Source of the DNA: a virus
Taxonomy: Duplodnaviria > Caudoviricetes
IMG/VR virus record: IMGVR_UViG_3300035208_003115
Length of the DNA stretch: 64,000 nt
Reading direction: 5' to 3' (one strand)
The number at the start of each line of letters is the position of its first letter. Position 1 is the stretch's first letter. This document shows, piece after piece, positions 9,660 to 20,382 of this stretch. The notes beneath the pieces were generated by a model, which did no database searches, had not been told where the DNA came from, and saw nothing but the letters and a program-made list of their open reading frames with translations. The position numbers and the translations under genes are program-made.

Positions 9660-10098
9660 AAAGTTCGAAGGGATTATAACTGCTGAAGTGTTAAAAAGCA
9701 CCAATAGCAAGACCCCTCAATTAGAAAGAGAGTATCAGAGCTTCTATGAATTTCTAAAATCTCGTGAGCCCTTACTGGTCGAAGATGTGCGTGTTCGCGG
9801 GAATGAAGCGAGAGACCACTTCCGTCGCTCTGGAGTTAGTGGACGTCTTCTTGATGAACTAACTGACGCCCTTAAGACATTCTATATCCGTGGAGTTATG
9901 GTTTACAGAGATGCAATCTCTGAGTTTGACGCTCAAAAGTTGCGTGAAATCTATGGGCAGGACTATGAAAGCTATCAGGACCAGCTCATTGAAGAAGGTC
10001 TCCGGCGTAAGGCGGAAGAGAAGGCCAATCAAGAAGATATCGAGTCTATTGAGCCCGAGAAGGAACCTCCGAAGGACTTAGACGATTTGATGGGGTAG
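9640..10098 (+). CDS. hypothetical protein
   Basis: ORF 9586..10098; start probably downstream of the track start. Confidence 0.55.
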   Translation: MTKQPDKKFEGIITAEVLKSTNSKTPQLEREYQSFYEFLKSREPLLVEDVRVRGNEARDHFRRSGVSGRLLDELTDALKTFYIRGVMVYRDAISEFDAQKLREIYGQDYESYQDQLIEEGLRRKAEEKANQEDIESIEPEKEPPKDLDDLMG

Positions 10099-10100
10099 AC

Positions 10101-10754
10101 ATGAGCTTTGAGCTAGGGATGGATGACCTCGTAGACGGCCTGTTTTATAGCGATATAGGGGCCAGATTTGAGAGTTTTTCTAAACCAAGTGTCTTGACAT
10201 GGTATTCGGATGAGACTCTTGGGAAGACACTACTGCTGGTATTACGAAACCTCAGTGACATCAACGGGTTGTGTAGCTATGTTGTTTGGCAGGTATTCGA
10301 TGTAATACCAACGTTTTTTCAGATATCGTCCCAGCCAGAGGGTCAGCCGGTGGCTCTTACGGCGAAGTACAAGCGGGCTTGTGTCATAACATACTGGAAG
10401 GGTAGGGAAGAAGATAGATTTAGGTTACCGGCGCTATCATATAACCCGATTAAAACGAATCTTTCTAATGAATCCGAGATTGTTCTTCCCCCAACGCATC
10501 GTCTCTTTAACTCTTCTCGTGATTTCGATAAGGCGATAGAGTCTTTATCGATATATTTAAAATCATTTTACCCGGCAGAAACAGGGTGGAGATTTGTCTA
10601 TGCAACTCCGCCAATGATAAGTAAGATGGCTGAGAATCAAGAGTTTCTAGAACTAATAACTGGATATATCAATGGAAACAGCAAAGGGAGTAACGAGTCA
10701 GGACATGGAGATGTCTCTGCAGGCAAGTGTGAGAAACCTGCAGTTGATTTATAA
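10101..10754 (+). CDS. hypothetical protein
   Basis: ORF in operon. Confidence 0.55.
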   Translation: MSFELGMDDLVDGLFYSDIGARFESFSKPSVLTWYSDETLGKTLLLVLRNLSDINGLCSYVVWQVFDVIPTFFQISSQPEGQPVALTAKYKRACVITYWKGREEDRFRLPALSYNPIKTNLSNESEIVLPPTHRLFNSSRDFDKAIESLSIYLKSFYPAETGWRFVYATPPMISKMAENQEFLELITGYINGNSKGSNESGHGDVSAGKCEKPAVDL

Positions 10755-10965
10755 GTATGCAGACAAGATAGATCCTGTTCCTGCTACTGTCCATCAACTT
10801 CTATGTAATATTTCCCGCATCACTCCCTATTTAGAGGGTTTGATTACAGTTATAAAACATAATGGGAATTACGAGTTACTCAAGAACTACCTTGAGCCTA
10901 TCGAAAAAGCGATAGAGGAAGTAAGGAAGGAAATAAAGAATGGAAACGAAAGTGAACGAACCTAA
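10672..10965 (+). CDS. hypothetical protein
   Basis: ORF in operon. Confidence 0.5.
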   Translation: METAKGVTSQDMEMSLQASVRNLQLIYKYADKIDPVPATVHQLLCNISRITPYLEGLITVIKHNGNYELLKNYLEPIEKAIEEVRKEIKNGNESERT

Positions 10966-12712
10966 AGCTCCCATAAATGACCAGCTGGATAAAGTTTTAA
11001 CCAGCTTGGCATGTAATTCCCGAATTCTTTATGTTGTGACTAGTGAAACTGCTCGTTTCTTACAGGAATTTCACGGTGTTCTCTGTGACCAAAGTCATTT
11101 CTTTACCTCTCGCCGACGTCAAGAGCTTTGGTATTGGTCTGCTGGTTTTGGTTTAAGGAAAATATCTGGGTATAAAGCCTACCGTCCTTCCAATCTTTCT
11201 ATCGCCGATGATGATGGCAGTGCGTTTGCTAGCTATGGCCCTAATGACGAGAACCTGATGAGAGAGACTTTGATTCCTTCCAATGCTCTCCTTCATGTTT
11301 ACAAGGAGTTGGGCAAGGTCCCTACGGGAAGCTCAGAGGCAAGTCGTAAGCCTCTTTATCGAACCATTATTTTGGGCGATTTTAATTATTTCGCCTCCTC
11401 TGACCCTCAGGCCGTAAGTATGCTGAAGGATATCATCGAGGACGAGGGTCTCCAAAAGCGTCTTCATCTCAACTTTATTATTCTTTCTGACCGCCAAGAG
11501 ATTCCAGCTCCTCTTAATCCTTATTGTGAAGTCATTGACTTCCATCTTCCAGATAGGGCTAAGACGAATGTCATTGTGCGTGATTTCATTCAGGCCTTCG
11601 AGAATAGTATTAAGAGAAAGAATCTTAGTGCTAAGACTAGCTACTCCGAGGATGAGATTAAAGAAATAGTTGATTCTCTTCTCGGATTGAGTGCGTATGA
11701 AATGACCGTTCAGATGGCTAAGGGTATCCGTGCCCCGGGGGCAGTTCTTGATCCTAAATTTCTGATGATGGCCAAGGAACAAATTGTTAAGAAGTCTGGC
11801 ATCTTAACCTTTATGCAGGGGAATACTTCGGGTAAAGATATTGGCGGGCTGAATGTTCTTAAGTCCTGGTTCTTACAAAGAAAATCTAGCTTCTCTGATA
11901 GTGCTCGGGCTTTTGGGTTAGAGCCTCCCAAGGGAGTTCTGCTTGTCGGTATCCCCGGGACGGGTAAGTCCTTGGCGGCCAAATGTCTAGGCCACGAGTG
12001 GGGTATGCCCATTCTTCACCTAGATGTCGGCAAGGTAATGAGTGGTTTAGTTGGTAGCTCTGAGTCTAAGATCCGTGAGGTCTTGGCTACGGCAGATGCT
12101 TGTGCTCCTTGTATTCTATTCGTTGATGAGATTGAAAAAAGTATGTCAGGGACCGAGAGTTCCAATTTCTCCGATGCTGGAACTACCGCTCGCGTGTTCA
12201 GCTCATTCCTTACTTGGCTTCAGGACCACAAGACAGAGGTCTTTGTTGTGGCTACTGCTAATAATATCAAGCAATTACCCCCTGAGCTAATGAGAAAGGG
12301 CCGTTTTGACGAAATCTTCTTCGTTGATTTGCCCGGCGATGATGAGCGGAAAGAAATCTTGGAGATTCATCTCGCTAAAAGAAAGCAGAATCCAGCAGAT
12401 TTTGATATGGATATGCTTTCTGACAAGAGTAAGGGCTTTAGTGGATCTGAAATTGAACAAGCTGTTAAAGACAGTATGTATGTGGCATTTGATAGCAAAG
12501 AAAAGAAGATTACAACACAGATTCTGATGAAAGAGATTGCCAAGAGCATTCCCCTAAGCGAGTCAATGAAAGATATGATTGATAAGGTTAGGGATTTGGC
12601 AGCAAAGGTCAGGTTTGCTTCTGATCTTTCTTTACATGCTGATTTAAATCCTCGGCGTGTAGATGCTCCCGTTCTAAGGCCGGATAGAAATGTTGACGAT
12701 TTAGTCGAATAG
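10940..12712 (+). CDS. Ycf46-like AAA+ ATPase
   Basis: DIGGL..LK.W, GIPGTGKS, LFVDEIEK, VATAN..QLPPELMRKGRFDEIFFVDLP. Confidence 0.9.
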   Translation: METKVNEPKAPINDQLDKVLTSLACNSRILYVVTSETARFLQEFHGVLCDQSHFFTSRRRQELWYWSAGFGLRKISGYKAYRPSNLSIADDDGSAFASYGPNDENLMRETLIPSNALLHVYKELGKVPTGSSEASRKPLYRTIILGDFNYFASSDPQAVSMLKDIIEDEGLQKRLHLNFIILSDRQEIPAPLNPYCEVIDFHLPDRAKTNVIVRDFIQAFENSIKRKNLSAKTSYSEDEIKEIVDSLLGLSAYEMTVQMAKGIRAPGAVLDPKFLMMAKEQIVKKSGILTFMQGNTSGKDIGGLNVLKSWFLQRKSSFSDSARAFGLEPPKGVLLVGIPGTGKSLAAKCLGHEWGMPILHLDVGKVMSGLVGSSESKIREVLATADACAPCILFVDEIEKSMSGTESSNFSDAGTTARVFSSFLTWLQDHKTEVFVVATANNIKQLPPELMRKGRFDEIFFVDLPGDDERKEILEIHLAKRKQNPADFDMDMLSDKSKGFSGSEIEQAVKDSMYVAFDSKEKKITTQILMKEIAKSIPLSESMKDMIDKVRDLAAKVRFASDLSLHADLNPRRVDAPVLRPDRNVDDLVE

Positions 12713-12720
12713 GAGTTATA

Positions 12721-13053
12721 ATGGAGAACAAAGAAGAGCTTCAGGTAACAGTTCATCAAGAGGGTGAGGCGGAGAATACATCTACTCGCTACGTTAATAC
12801 TCAATCATTTACTATCCGGGTCTTAGATAGGGATAACGGAGAGATTGAAGAACATGACGCTTCTCTCGTTTTCGAGGAAGTGGTAATGGCTTGTGATGAT
12901 ATAAATGATTGGCCAAGATGTAATATTGTTGAGATAGATGTTGATTCTATAGAAGATGAGAAGTTAGCAGAGATAGTTAAGGGAAAAATAGAGAAGTGGG
13001 CTAGGGCAAACGGGATACATATCCCTAGTAAAGTACCTACAGTTAAGGTATAG
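12721..13053 (+). CDS. hypothetical acidic protein
   Basis: ORF with RBS. Confidence 0.55.
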   Translation: MENKEELQVTVHQEGEAENTSTRYVNTQSFTIRVLDRDNGEIEEHDASLVFEEVVMACDDINDWPRCNIVEIDVDSIEDEKLAEIVKGKIEKWARANGIHIPSKVPTVKV

Positions 13054-13075
13054 TGTCAGCTTAAAGGAGAATACA

Positions 13076-13468
13076 TTGAGTCACATGGCGAATATTAAAA
13101 CAAAGTGCACTGACCTTGACCTCTTGAAAGAGGTTCTGAAGGAGATGGGCTTTGATGTCGAGAAGACCGGTGGCGTTGTCCGAGCTATGGACGGCAAAGA
13201 GACATCAACGATTGCCAAGGTTAAGAATCATAGCTTTGGGGTCAAGGCCAATAAAGAAAAGGATGGTTCGACGAACTATTCTTTGGCCGGAGAGTTCTGG
13301 AGAACCAACTGGTATGGAAAAGAAGACCAGCTTGCCAGCCATGTTAATCGCGAGTATGCCTTCAAGAAAGTCGTGAAGGAAACCAAGGCTCGTGGTTTTG
13401 CAATGAAGCCCGGCTCTCTCAAAGTAAACAAAGATGGTTCTAAAGTCTTTGTTATGCAGAAAATCTAA
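13076..13468 (+). CDS. DUF1257/Ycf35-like protein
   Basis: MSH..IKT...D..LL..L.EMG N-terminus, next to Ycf46-like AAA. Confidence 0.7.
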   Translation: MSHMANIKTKCTDLDLLKEVLKEMGFDVEKTGGVVRAMDGKETSTIAKVKNHSFGVKANKEKDGSTNYSLAGEFWRTNWYGKEDQLASHVNREYAFKKVVKETKARGFAMKPGSLKVNKDGSKVFVMQKI

Positions 13469-13479
13469 GGAGATTTGCA

Positions 13480-13671
13480 ATGAAGATGATCGAAATCAAA
13501 ATCGATGCAGAGGGCAATATTTCTGAAGAGAGTAAGGGCTTTACGGGTAAATCCTGCAATGAAGTTCAAGAAGTTATGGCTCGCATAGGTATTATTACGG
13601 GCGTAACTCCGACAGCTGAAGCTCATAAGAAGGCGGAGAAGCCCGCTTACAATGAGTTGCATCGAGGATAA
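13480..13671 (+). CDS. DUF2997-like protein
   Basis: I.I.ID.EG.I..E.KGF.G.SC pattern; usual neighbour of DUF1257. Confidence 0.7.
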   Translation: MKMIEIKIDAEGNISEESKGFTGKSCNEVQEVMARIGIITGVTPTAEAHKKAEKPAYNELHRG

Positions 13672-14989
13672 TTTCTCGGTGGAATCTTTTGAAAAGTTCT
13701 TAACTAGAGCCAGAACTAGTCCAAGTTTTAAACCTTCAAAGCCCTTAACGGATAGCTATATGCCCGATGGATTTTCAATAAAGAAATATATCCAAGATTC
13801 CGGTCTCGGTGCAGGATCTTCTTTCTACTCTCGTGAAATTGACGAGTATGTTGGTTTTCCATTTATTGCCCATATAGTACAGCATGGATTCTCTAATGTC
13901 TTTCGAAAGACTTGGTTTTGTAAAAAGTCTGTTGACTTTAAATCTCTTACTCGGGCTCCCTTCGAACTTGTTATTCGGTCTACTCAAGAAGATTTCCCGC
14001 GTGATGCCAGGACATCAGAAAAACAATGTGAGTGGATATTTCTGCTCTATAAAACTATAAATGAAGTTGCGATTCCTATTCACCTTCAGATTAAATCTTC
14101 CTCTATTGCATTTATGATGGCATATAAAGAAGTAGACCTCGGATTAAAGAAAGAAATCGAAGATAAGCTTCTAGAGATTTTCCCTATTGATGTAGAGGGA
14201 GAACCAGATTCTATCCCTGTCGCTTTTTGGGTTCTGGGAAGTGACGGCCCCTATTCTACCTCCAGAGATATCGATGCCGGGAAGTACGAACAAATTAGAA
14301 TGAACTATGAGTCTAAGACTATCAACTTTCTTGATAAGTTAAATTCTTTTGTTCCAACTCGTGGCGGCCAGATGTTACTATTCTCTGGTATTCCCGGCAC
14401 AGGTAAAACCTATGCTCTACGCAGTCTTTTTCAGTCATGGAGATCGTGGGCCAACTTCCATTATATTGTTGATCCTCTTACTTTGTTTGGAGGATCTCCT
14501 GAATATCTAATGAAGATTATTCTTGGAGCTGCAACAGGCGGGAAACGCTATTCTCCGTGGGTTGATGACGACGACGATGATGATGACAACAAGGAAGAAA
14601 AGTGGCGCGTCCTCTTAATGGAGGATGTCGGTGAGCTTATTTCTTCTTCAGCAAAAGAAGAAGTGGGTCAAGGACTATCCCAGTTGCTTAACGTAACTGA
14701 TGGGTTATTGGGACAGGGTCTTAAAATTCTATTATTAATGACAACAAATGAGAAGTTGGGTGATTTGCACCCTGCAATTTGTCGCCCAGGCCGATGTGCA
14801 TATCATCATGAGTTTGGCAAACTAAGTCCAAAAGAGTGTAAAGCTTGGCTTTCTGTTCATAAGGCAGAAGAGAAATTCGATGATAAATTTCACACTATCG
14901 CCGAGCTTTATGCTATGGTGCATAATGATACGAATCAAGGCCAGTTCGGCGAGTCAAAGAAGAAGCCGATGGGGTTTATGCCCGGATAA
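13652..14989 (+). CDS. AAA ATPase
   Basis: GIPGTGKT, LLMED, LLNVTDGLLGQG, TTNE...LHPAICRPGR. Confidence 0.85.
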   Translation: MSCIEDNFSVESFEKFLTRARTSPSFKPSKPLTDSYMPDGFSIKKYIQDSGLGAGSSFYSREIDEYVGFPFIAHIVQHGFSNVFRKTWFCKKSVDFKSLTRAPFELVIRSTQEDFPRDARTSEKQCEWIFLLYKTINEVAIPIHLQIKSSSIAFMMAYKEVDLGLKKEIEDKLLEIFPIDVEGEPDSIPVAFWVLGSDGPYSTSRDIDAGKYEQIRMNYESKTINFLDKLNSFVPTRGGQMLLFSGIPGTGKTYALRSLFQSWRSWANFHYIVDPLTLFGGSPEYLMKIILGAATGGKRYSPWVDDDDDDDDNKEEKWRVLLMEDVGELISSSAKEEVGQGLSQLLNVTDGLLGQGLKILLLMTTNEKLGDLHPAICRPGRCAYHHEFGKLSPKECKAWLSVHKAEEKFDDKFHTIAELYAMVHNDTNQGQFGESKKKPMGFMPG

Positions 14990-14992
14990 GAA

Positions 14993-15856
14993 ATGAAACT
15001 GACTATGAAACTAACTTGGATTCTAGAGAAGTCTCTATTCCCGGTAGATATAGAATTAGATAATCTTAAGAGAGAAGTTCTTGCTCAGGGTCACGACGTA
15101 GAGGTAATCTCCTGGAGTCCATTTAATCAATTAGAAGATATCGCACTGAAGTATAACGATAGCTGTACTGTTTTTCACGGTTCTATTGAGACAGCGGATA
15201 GATTCCATAGGAATATTGCTTCGGTGCCAGGAGCCTATTTTGATAGTTCTGCTTATTTCTGTTCTAATTATTATCCAGGAATCAAGTCTTTTATTTTAAA
15301 TCGTGATTCCTTGTGGGTTCCTGCAGGTCTTCTTCTACCTTACTTCTCCACGAGGGGAATTCCCCAAGATGGACTCTTCTTCCGCTCTGATTCTGGTAAG
15401 AAGTATTTTAATGCACGAGTTGTTTTCCCTGATGAGTTTGCTTTATTTGCCCAGGAGGTAACGCACTCTTGCCAAGATAACCAAATGGTTATGTTTAGTA
15501 GACCCAAGATGGTTGATGCGGAGTATCGAATTCTTTACGTCGATGGCAGGGCCATTACCGGTAGCAGATATCACATTCGCAATGAGCTTAATATATCTCC
15601 AGATGTTCCTCAGGAAATATATAACTTTGCCGAAGTGGTTGGGGAAGAGGCCCAAAAGAATTGTCCGTTCGTAATAAGAGATGGGGTTGCGTTCATGGAT
15701 ATTGGAGTTATTGATGGCCTAAAAAAAGTAGTAGAAATCTCTGCTTTTTCTTGCGCCGGACTATATGCTTGTGATATCAAGAAGGTAGTAGAGAGTGTAA
15801 GCAAGAACGCCCTAGAAGTAGGACGAAAAGAATATGAGAAAGATCCAATCTTATGA
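14993..15856 (+). CDS. ATP-grasp domain protein (DUF4343-like)
   Basis: F.RSDSG.K.F, EYR......ITGSRY, MDIG, VVEI..FSCAGLYACD. Confidence 0.7.
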   Translation: MKLTMKLTWILEKSLFPVDIELDNLKREVLAQGHDVEVISWSPFNQLEDIALKYNDSCTVFHGSIETADRFHRNIASVPGAYFDSSAYFCSNYYPGIKSFILNRDSLWVPAGLLLPYFSTRGIPQDGLFFRSDSGKKYFNARVVFPDEFALFAQEVTHSCQDNQMVMFSRPKMVDAEYRILYVDGRAITGSRYHIRNELNISPDVPQEIYNFAEVVGEEAQKNCPFVIRDGVAFMDIGVIDGLKKVVEISAFSCAGLYACDIKKVVESVSKNALEVGRKEYEKDPIL

Positions 15857-18800
15857 GTGATGATTTTTGTAATATCCATCTTCATACTGATGGCAGCGTT
15901 ATGGATAGTCCGGCTACCATAGATGAAGTGTTGGATACCATTAAGGAAAAGGGCCAGCCTGGAGCAGCCCTAACCGACCATGGTTCTATGGTTAATATTG
16001 TTGACTGGCACCGTGGATGTAAGGCTCGTGATTTAAAGCCTATTCTTGGTGTCGAAGCTTATGTTTCTTATACCGGAATAGCTGACAAAGAATCTGTTAA
16101 AGCAGCTAAAGCCGATTCCGCGTTAGCTATTGAGTCGGGCAATCTAGGCATAAGTCATCTTGTTTTGCTGGCTAAAAACTATAAGGGCTACCAGAACTTG
16201 TGTAGACTTAGTGCAATAGCCCATACAGATGGATATTATTATCAGCCCCGAATAGATTATGAGGTTCTCGAGAAGCATAAAGAAGGTCTAATTGTCTCCT
16301 CGGCCTGCATGTTTGGTGATTTCTCTAAGATGGTCAACTCGGGGGACTATACTAGGGCTCAGAAGTTTGCAGGCAAGATGAAAGAGGTTTTTGGAGATGA
16401 CTTTTATATTGAGCTTCAGAACCATGGATTTGAGGCCCAGGGACGGATTGTTCCTCACGCTCTTCGTATTGCTCGGGAAGTAGGAGTACAAACCGTTGTT
16501 AGCCAAGATGTGCACTATGCTCGTCCTAACGACTGGAAATTTCAAGATGCTCTTTTTTGTATTGGAACCAAAAAGAGATATGAGGATGGCGATAGACGAA
16601 CTGCTTGTCGTGAGATGTATATAAAGACGCGAAAGCAAATGGAAGCTATGATGTCCGGGCTTCGTGTTCCTAAAGACTCATTCGACACCACGTTGGATAT
16701 TTTATCTAAGGTGGAAGACTATGTTATTACCCCACAAGACTACTTGCTTCCTAGTCTATTCGGCGATGCTCAGAAGTCGAAGGACACTCTCCGGACAATT
16801 TGTCGCAAGGGGTGGAAAGAACTTATTGGGCCCAAGGTCAAGGGGAGCAAAGAACTTACGAACCTTTATAAAGAAAGAATCGAGTACGAGCTAAGGGTTA
16901 TAGGCGCTGCTGGGTTTAGTGATTATTTTCTTATCGTGCTTGATTTTATTCGTTGGGCAAAAGATCATGGGATTAAGGTTGGTCCTGGTCGTGGGAGTGC
17001 CGTTGGTTGTCTCGTCGCGTATGTTACAGGTATTACTGCTCTAGATCCTGTTAAATATAATCTACTCTTTGAAAGATTTCTAGTTGAAGGACGACCATCT
17101 CTCCCGGATATTGATGTTGACGTTGAAGATAGAGACGCAGTAATCCAGTATCTTTATGAGCGATATGGTCGGGACAAAGTTGCTCCCATTATTAATAGAA
17201 CTGCTGTTACGGCTAAGGCAGCCCTTATTAAGGTTGCTTCTATACTCGGTGATTTCAAACTCGGGGAAAATCTTAGCAAGCTAATTATTACAAAGCGTGG
17301 GGATACTCCGTCTTTTGAAGATGCCCATAAGAATATCCCCGCTTTAGCTATTCATAAGAAGGACAATCCTCTTTTATTTGAATTAGCAGAAGGTCTAGAA
17401 GGAACTATTACCCACTTGGCTGGTCATGCTTCTGGGGTTGTCGTTTCTAGTCTTCCTATTACAGACGTCGCTCCTCTTCATCAATCTAAGAAGACGGTCT
17501 ATATTGCTTATGATAAAGCTCAGTTAGACTATGTGAAACTAGTTAAACTCGATATTCTCGGGCTTGATACTTTGCGAGCTGTTTCGGAAACAGTTCGTCT
17601 TATTAAGGAAAGACACGGAATAGATATAGACCTTCAGGCTCTTATTGATGAACCTTCCGACCCCGCAGCCTATAAGACTCTTCAGGCGTTAGACTGTATG
17701 GGAATATTTCAGTTTGAAGGAAATGCTGTTCGTGGAGTATTAAAGCAAGTCCAAGCTTCTACCATCCATGATATAGCTGCGATTAATGCTATAGCTCGAC
17801 CCGGGCCATTAGATGCTGGTATTGATCGGATGTATGCAAGGAGGAAGCGAGGATACGACCCCGTTTCTTATGCTCTCCCCGTTCTCGAAACTATTCTAGG
17901 ACAAACATATGGTCTTATGATTTATCAGGAACAGGTTATGGAAATTGCCCGTGTTCTTGCTGATTACAATGTTATCGAGCGAGACCAAATCCGTAAGGCA
18001 ATGTCGGATAAGGATGAGAAGAAAATCGAAATCCAGCGCGAACGATTTATGTCGGGAGCGGAGAAGAAAGGCTATCCTTCAAATATTGTTAGCTCCATCT
18101 TCGAAAATATTAAGCTCTTTGGTGGATATGGTTTTAACAAAAGCCACGCTTATGGTTATGGCATTTTGGTTTATCTTACTGCGTGGTTAAAAGCTTATTA
18201 CCCTCTTGAGTTTATCGTTGCCTGCTTAAATACAATGTTAACCAAAAGGACTAAGCCCAAAATTGAAGATGTAGCCATGATGGTCATGGACATTGAAAAG
18301 CATGGCTTTAGTCTTGCTCCTCCATCTGCGGTCAATTCCTCCGGCTTATTTAGCATATCTAATACCCTTGACAAAAACAATAATCCTATTGTATACTATG
18401 CCTTGGGTGCTATAAAGAGTATATCCCCCACCGGTATGGATACATGGTTAGAGATGCGACCCTTTAAGAATCTTGACGATGCTGTTCTTAAAGCTCTTCA
18501 GAGTAAGGTTGGGTCAGATGATATTAAGGTATTAGCTGCAGTAGGAGCATTCTCGGATCTTGCTCCTAATCAAGAATATGTAGTCGAGTCTATGGAGGCT
18601 CGGATTGCTGCAGCAAAGAAGGTTATGGCAAGAGAGAAGAGGCGTGAGAAGAAAGCTGTAGATACTTCTAACGAGCCTTCTCTGTTCGACATGGCGTTCT
18701 CTCCGAAAGAACTAGTATTAGACATGGGTGATGGAGAAAAGCTAAAAGTACCGTCAAAGTTAGATGCTATTAGTCATATCAAGAACGAGCTCGAGTATAT

Positions 18801-19251
18801 CGGGTTCGCTTTGACAGGTTCATTGCTTGATCCATACGAAACACATGTTCGCAGTCGGGCCAATATGGTCACCTCTCACTTTGCTACAGAGGTAGTAAAT
18901 GGAGAACAGAACTGCCACGTTGCAGGTGTTATTACCCACTTACGAAAAAGAATTGATAGGCATGGAAATCCCTATTGCTTCTTGACTATGTCGGATGGCA
19001 GGACCGACATTAGGGTTGCTGTCTTTTTCCATGTTTACTCTCATTTTCAGGAGAGTACATGGAAAGCTGGCAAGGGAATTGTAGTGGACGGTCGGAAAGA
19101 CGACGATGCATTAATTGCATCGGATGTCACATTCCTTCGTAGGGATACCGACCTCAATGCAAAAAAGAAAGCCGAAGCTCAAGCCACTAAAGCGGAAAAA
19201 GCCAAAAAGCGGGAACCAGTTCCCACCCAACAAAATCTCGGTGAAACTTAA
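15853..19251 (+). CDS. dnaE: DNA polymerase III alpha subunit
   Basis: PHP HLHT..S, TDHG; GPGRGS; PDIDVD; KLDILGL; FNKSHA; C-terminal OB fold. Confidence 0.97.
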   Translation: MSDDFCNIHLHTDGSVMDSPATIDEVLDTIKEKGQPGAALTDHGSMVNIVDWHRGCKARDLKPILGVEAYVSYTGIADKESVKAAKADSALAIESGNLGISHLVLLAKNYKGYQNLCRLSAIAHTDGYYYQPRIDYEVLEKHKEGLIVSSACMFGDFSKMVNSGDYTRAQKFAGKMKEVFGDDFYIELQNHGFEAQGRIVPHALRIAREVGVQTVVSQDVHYARPNDWKFQDALFCIGTKKRYEDGDRRTACREMYIKTRKQMEAMMSGLRVPKDSFDTTLDILSKVEDYVITPQDYLLPSLFGDAQKSKDTLRTICRKGWKELIGPKVKGSKELTNLYKERIEYELRVIGAAGFSDYFLIVLDFIRWAKDHGIKVGPGRGSAVGCLVAYVTGITALDPVKYNLLFERFLVEGRPSLPDIDVDVEDRDAVIQYLYERYGRDKVAPIINRTAVTAKAALIKVASILGDFKLGENLSKLIITKRGDTPSFEDAHKNIPALAIHKKDNPLLFELAEGLEGTITHLAGHASGVVVSSLPITDVAPLHQSKKTVYIAYDKAQLDYVKLVKLDILGLDTLRAVSETVRLIKERHGIDIDLQALIDEPSDPAAYKTLQALDCMGIFQFEGNAVRGVLKQVQASTIHDIAAINAIARPGPLDAGIDRMYARRKRGYDPVSYALPVLETILGQTYGLMIYQEQVMEIARVLADYNVIERDQIRKAMSDKDEKKIEIQRERFMSGAEKKGYPSNIVSSIFENIKLFGGYGFNKSHAYGYGILVYLTAWLKAYYPLEFIVACLNTMLTKRTKPKIEDVAMMVMDIEKHGFSLAPPSAVNSSGLFSISNTLDKNNNPIVYYALGAIKSISPTGMDTWLEMRPFKNLDDAVLKALQSKVGSDDIKVLAAVGAFSDLAPNQEYVVESMEARIAAAKKVMAREKRREKKAVDTSNEPSLFDMAFSPKELVLDMGDGEKLKVPSKLDAISHIKNELEYIGFALTGSLLDPYETHVRSRANMVTSHFATEVVNGEQNCHVAGVITHLRKRIDRHGNPYCFLTMSDGRTDIRVAVFFHVYSHFQESTWKAGKGIVVDGRKDDDALIASDVTFLRRDTDLNAKKKAEAQATKAEKAKKREPVPTQQNLGET

Positions 19252-20062
19252 TCCGAAGAAGATCCGGGATTTTGAAATATGTGCCAATGTCGGGCTGGTT
19301 CATCGGGTAGCTCAACGATTTAAGAATCGTTGTAACAACACATCTATTTCCTACCTGGACCTCGTTCAAGAGGGGGTCATTGGTCTTATAATAGCTCATT
19401 CCAGATTTAATCCAAAGAGAAACGTCAGGTTTAGTACTTACGCTAATTATTGGATTGAAGCTAAGATACGGCGTTTCCTAGATAGACATACGAGTACGAT
19501 GCATGTTACGTATTCGGCATCTGCCATTTACAATACTTTAGTAAAGAAGTATAGAAGTGGCAGGGATGGAACGACGATGGACATGATAAAGAATGTCCAG
19601 GCCGATTATGCTACGGGAGATCTAACATATAGAAACTATATCCGGTATATAAGTATCCTATTGGCCAAATCACCGGAGAGGCATAATCATGTGCCCATCG
19701 ATATGCCTGTAACATTTTCAGGTTCATCAGGAGAAATGACATTTCTTTCAGATAATGGCCCGTTAGCTAATCTTGTTAATAAAGCTACCCTTCAGCAACC
19801 TGAAACAGAGCGTGATTTAAGCCTAAAATCACTGATAGAAAGAATGTTAAATAGACTTGACAAAGAGGAGCAGAATATTGTTATAATGTATTATGGGTTG
19901 AGTGGAAACGAACCTCATACCTATGAGAAGCTGGCGGAAAAGATTAAGTGCTCTAAGCAGCGTATCCACCAGCAACATAAGAAGATAGTAGTAAAGCTAA
20001 GAAATTACTTGAAAGAAATAGGGCAGAGTGATAAGATTGATCCGCGAGAGTTCTTAGAGTAG
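19241..20062 (+). CDS. sigma70-family RNA polymerase sigma factor
   Basis: DLVQEGVIGL..A..RF.P....FSTYA.YWI (region 2); region 4 HTH at C-terminus; likely GTG start at 19241. Confidence 0.9.
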   Translation: MKLNPKKIRDFEICANVGLVHRVAQRFKNRCNNTSISYLDLVQEGVIGLIIAHSRFNPKRNVRFSTYANYWIEAKIRRFLDRHTSTMHVTYSASAIYNTLVKKYRSGRDGTTMDMIKNVQADYATGDLTYRNYIRYISILLAKSPERHNHVPIDMPVTFSGSSGEMTFLSDNGPLANLVNKATLQQPETERDLSLKSLIERMLNRLDKEEQNIVIMYYGLSGNEPHTYEKLAEKIKCSKQRIHQQHKKIVVKLRNYLKEIGQSDKIDPREFLE

Positions 20063-20076
20063 TCCCTCCAATATAC

Positions 20077-20210
20077 AGGAGAAAGCCGTGATACAGGTAT
20101 CGTATCTACAACATACCTTGCGAGATTGTCCGAGTCACCCCCGACTCGGGAGGTCCGGCTATGTCCTGTCCCCCGAACGAAATTGGCGACCACAATTTAC
20201 TGTGGGCCAA
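20077..20210. ncRNA. candidate structured RNA of unknown type
   Basis: CAGGA/TCCTG and AGCCG/CGGCT closing stem with AGGTAT/ATACCT and CCGAGTC/GACTCGG arms; TTGGC..GCCAA hairpin follows. Confidence 0.4.
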
Positions 20211-20305
20211 CGAATTAGAAGTAAACAGTAATATAACCAACAAAACGTCAAACAACTTAAACAGCAGAATAAGTAGAATCTTTAGGCATTATTGCAAGTT
20301 TACGC

Positions 20306-20382
20306 GGGCATGTAGCTCAATTGGTCAGAGCGCTACCTTGATAAGGTAGAGGTTGGTGGTTCGAGTCCACCCTTGCCCACCA
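20306..20382 (+). tRNA. tRNA-Ile(GAT)
   Basis: cloverleaf, ctacc-ttGATaa-ggtag, CCA. Confidence 0.95.

Noticed and set aside
14564-14587. GAY trinucleotide run
   Set aside because: Encodes a poly-Asp linker in the AAA ATPase.
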